Assembly: GCA_040954595.2 (NCBI GenBank)
Contig: CM082577.2
Coordinates: forward strand, 16,561,903-16,625,902
DNA length: 64,000 nucleotides
Source of the DNA: Balanoglossus misakiensis
Taxonomy: Eukaryota > Animalia > Hemichordata
Direction: 5' to 3'
The position numbers and the translations under genes are program-made. The notes under the pieces are model-generated. The model worked only from the letters and a program-made list of their open reading frames with translations, made no database searches and was not told the origin of the DNA. Of the stretch, positions 61,456-64,000 are shown in pieces (within the stretch, counting starts at the first letter, position 1; each line of letters opens with the position of its first letter).

Positions 61456-64000
61456 GAGAGATGCACCAACGGAAACCATGCAAAAATACTGTGTTCGAAG
61501 TAACGCTTGAGAAAAAAATCGTCACAACTTCCCCCCTCTCAATAGCAAATGGGTATCCACAAATATAAATGGGTATTTTATTTCACAAGCACAACGGCAC
61601 GGCACATGAAACTTTTAGACATAACAAGCGCACCTAGTTCTGCTATACAAGGTGTGTTGTTCATGATTCGACGTTGTGGTCGAATGTAAACAAGTAACCA
61701 CCGCGCCGACATGGCCGAGGGAAGTTGATAGAGGATTTTTGGAATGAGAGTTTAATGTGACCGTGTACCGCCGGGTCAGAAAATAAGCTTTATGTATATA
61801 AATGTACTCACACGAGTCCAGTTTTGGCAACCAACGTTATCCCAAATTAGCCAGCAAGAAAATAGACGTCCATGATGCATGCCCGGATGTGTGTCCCGAA
61901 TACGATTTTACGAAAAAACCCGACGATTTGCTCAAGCTGACCAATCACAGAGGGGTATCTAAATATGACTCAGGATAGCAAGAACAAAGCGGCGATGCTA
62001 AAGTCACATGAAAAGTTGTAGCGGATTGGTCAATTTCTGGTTTATAGTGTTATGTTGGCCAGAACCTCGGATAAAAATCGTGAGGCCAGCTCGCAGACAG
62101 TACAGTTGGTCGATTAATGCAGTCGGGTCCCCTGCCTCGGATGGTGTGAGATTCCCTCCAAATCTCAAATAATTCGATTATTGCTTTTTGCTATTACATA
62201 TTATAATTAGTTTTATCGTTATATGCTAAACATTTTATATTTGCATAGATATGCTGATTATAACAATTATGTGCCCAATTATAAGCAGGTAAAATATCAG
62301 GAAGATTTAGCGCAGAATTTTTCAAAGCTTTGTGAATTTAGCGGTGAATTAATAGCAGCTTTATGATAAGAAGCTGAATAATTTGTTGCCAGCCCGAATA
62401 CTTTAAAATTCTAGAATATCTAGGACTTATCACCTCTTCGGTGGTAAATGCTCTGATGTGATAAGGTTAGGCCTCGCGAGCGAATCCGTGAGCTTCTTCT
62501 AAAAAACAAAATTAATTTTTGGGGGGATGTTTAGCTTTTGCTTCAATTGGGCTCTTTGAGTGACGTTTATTGATCCGTTATTGATCGTACATTTCCTGTA
62601 ATTTGCATTTGCATCACCACCACCTGGTATGTACTATAAAAGTCCCTCAAATTTATGCCACGCGGTTCTTCGATTCATTTCGTTACGCATAATCGTGCGA
62701 TTCCGTTGTGGCAGTTATATGGTCCGTAGAAGACGGTGATTTTGGAGGCCTACTCCTCTCTGTTTGACTGTGTGACTTTCCTGTGAATGTTATACCAGCA
62801 TTTGTAAATATTCATAAGCTCGAACTGGACATTTACATTGTAACACCGTACAAACTCTGCTAAATGCATAAAAACTCATTGAATCCGTTTTTGATGCGGA
62901 CAAAATACGATAATTACATTTTTCGTGAACAAGGAATTTAGTGTTGAACTTCAATTATTTACTGCAATTTTGTTTGTACGACGGGGTTTTCTTTGTAATC
63001 GTTCCCCATGTGTGTCTATATTTGTGGAATAAATACTGGCTGCATACTGGAAATATTGAGTGCTGTACGTTCCCTGGCCCGGAAGTGACGTGTGAATATG
63101 AGCGACCTCCATTGGAGAGAACCCTTGGTCACATTCTATACGATTGATCAGGCGAGCTTCCATACCTGGAGGGTTAAATAAAAGAATTGTGCAAAATTAA
63201 TTATATGTCGGAATAACACATACATCATGGTAATAAAAGACGATAGTCACTCTTAAATGTTTCGTAGCATAATCAAGAACTTAAAACAAACTGCAATTCT
63301 ACGGACCCGCAAAATTTCCTGACGGACCAATCACCCAAAACCTACTTGGAGGTGGTGAAACCACGACGCATTGAACTTAAAAAGAGAAAAACCCAGAGGA
63401 AATTCCTGCAGACTCGTGTATCCCAAGACATCCTCGTTCACTTCCTTGGTGTGAAAAACCCGCAGATTGAACCATGACATACGGGTTCAAATTAGCTTTT
63501 TTCAAAGCAGTCTTTATCAGTCTCATGGTGGCAAGGGATGTGTCCGGATCGTTCAGTCACATGTATTTGTCGCAATTCAGTTGTGGGCACAGATGCAATA
63601 TTTAACGAAATTTATCTCAAAATGGAGCGCGGTGACCATGCGATTATATTTGACTCAGCTATGTGTAAAATTTCGTGAAAATGGCAATAGTAGAAGTTTG
63701 ATTTTTAGAAATTATCAATGCAATCCTATGGAAAGAGACACATGCGCACTGTTTACCAATGTGCGCGCAGATTTACATTTTGACACCTCGGGCGTATTAT
63801 GAATAACCATTCAGCACACGGTTATCTGGGACAGTGTCTGTGATGAGGCACAAGGACTTGTTTTTGAGCACCCTTCTCAAACCGTAAAATGCAAAGCCTA
63901 AGTTTCACTGCTATATCAGAGAGATTTACGAAGGGGGTATTTTAAAATGTATTAAAAATTTCAATTGCCAACTTCGAGATAATGCGGCTCGCTAATAGGC

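Noticed and set aside
63280-63802. Short ORFs and a possible SINE relic near the right edge
   Set aside because: No domain, splice support or clear Pol III boxes.

Overview
Eukaryotic, intron-rich, AT-rich DNA; the gene and repeat content suggests a marine invertebrate deuterostome (inference). Two complete multi-exon genes could be built by hand on the + strand, with reading frames consistent across all exons. One is a 25-exon secreted ADAMTS-type metalloprotease (5545-18479, ~1150 aa) ending in two PAN/Apple-like domains, with two consecutive GC-AG introns and an atypical zinc motif. The other is a 15-exon GMC oxidoreductase (29092-38965, ~551 aa). Between them lies a full-length but defective Ty3/Gypsy LTR retrotransposon (22603-27363; 118-bp LTRs, ATATA TSD, tRNA-Leu-type PBS), and an exact 92-bp copy of its pol region sits upstream of it. 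The window also holds a frameshifted sulfotransferase pseudo-exon, nested TTAA-type MITEs, and Helentron/DINE-like elements whose ~238-bp internal repeats carry clustered AGGTCA nuclear-receptor half-sites. On the minus strand, seven duplicated exon-intron units keep their splice sites but have no open frame (candidate lncRNA). There is a degenerate hammerhead-like motif and several mini/microsatellites. All calls come from manual reading; no database searches were run.
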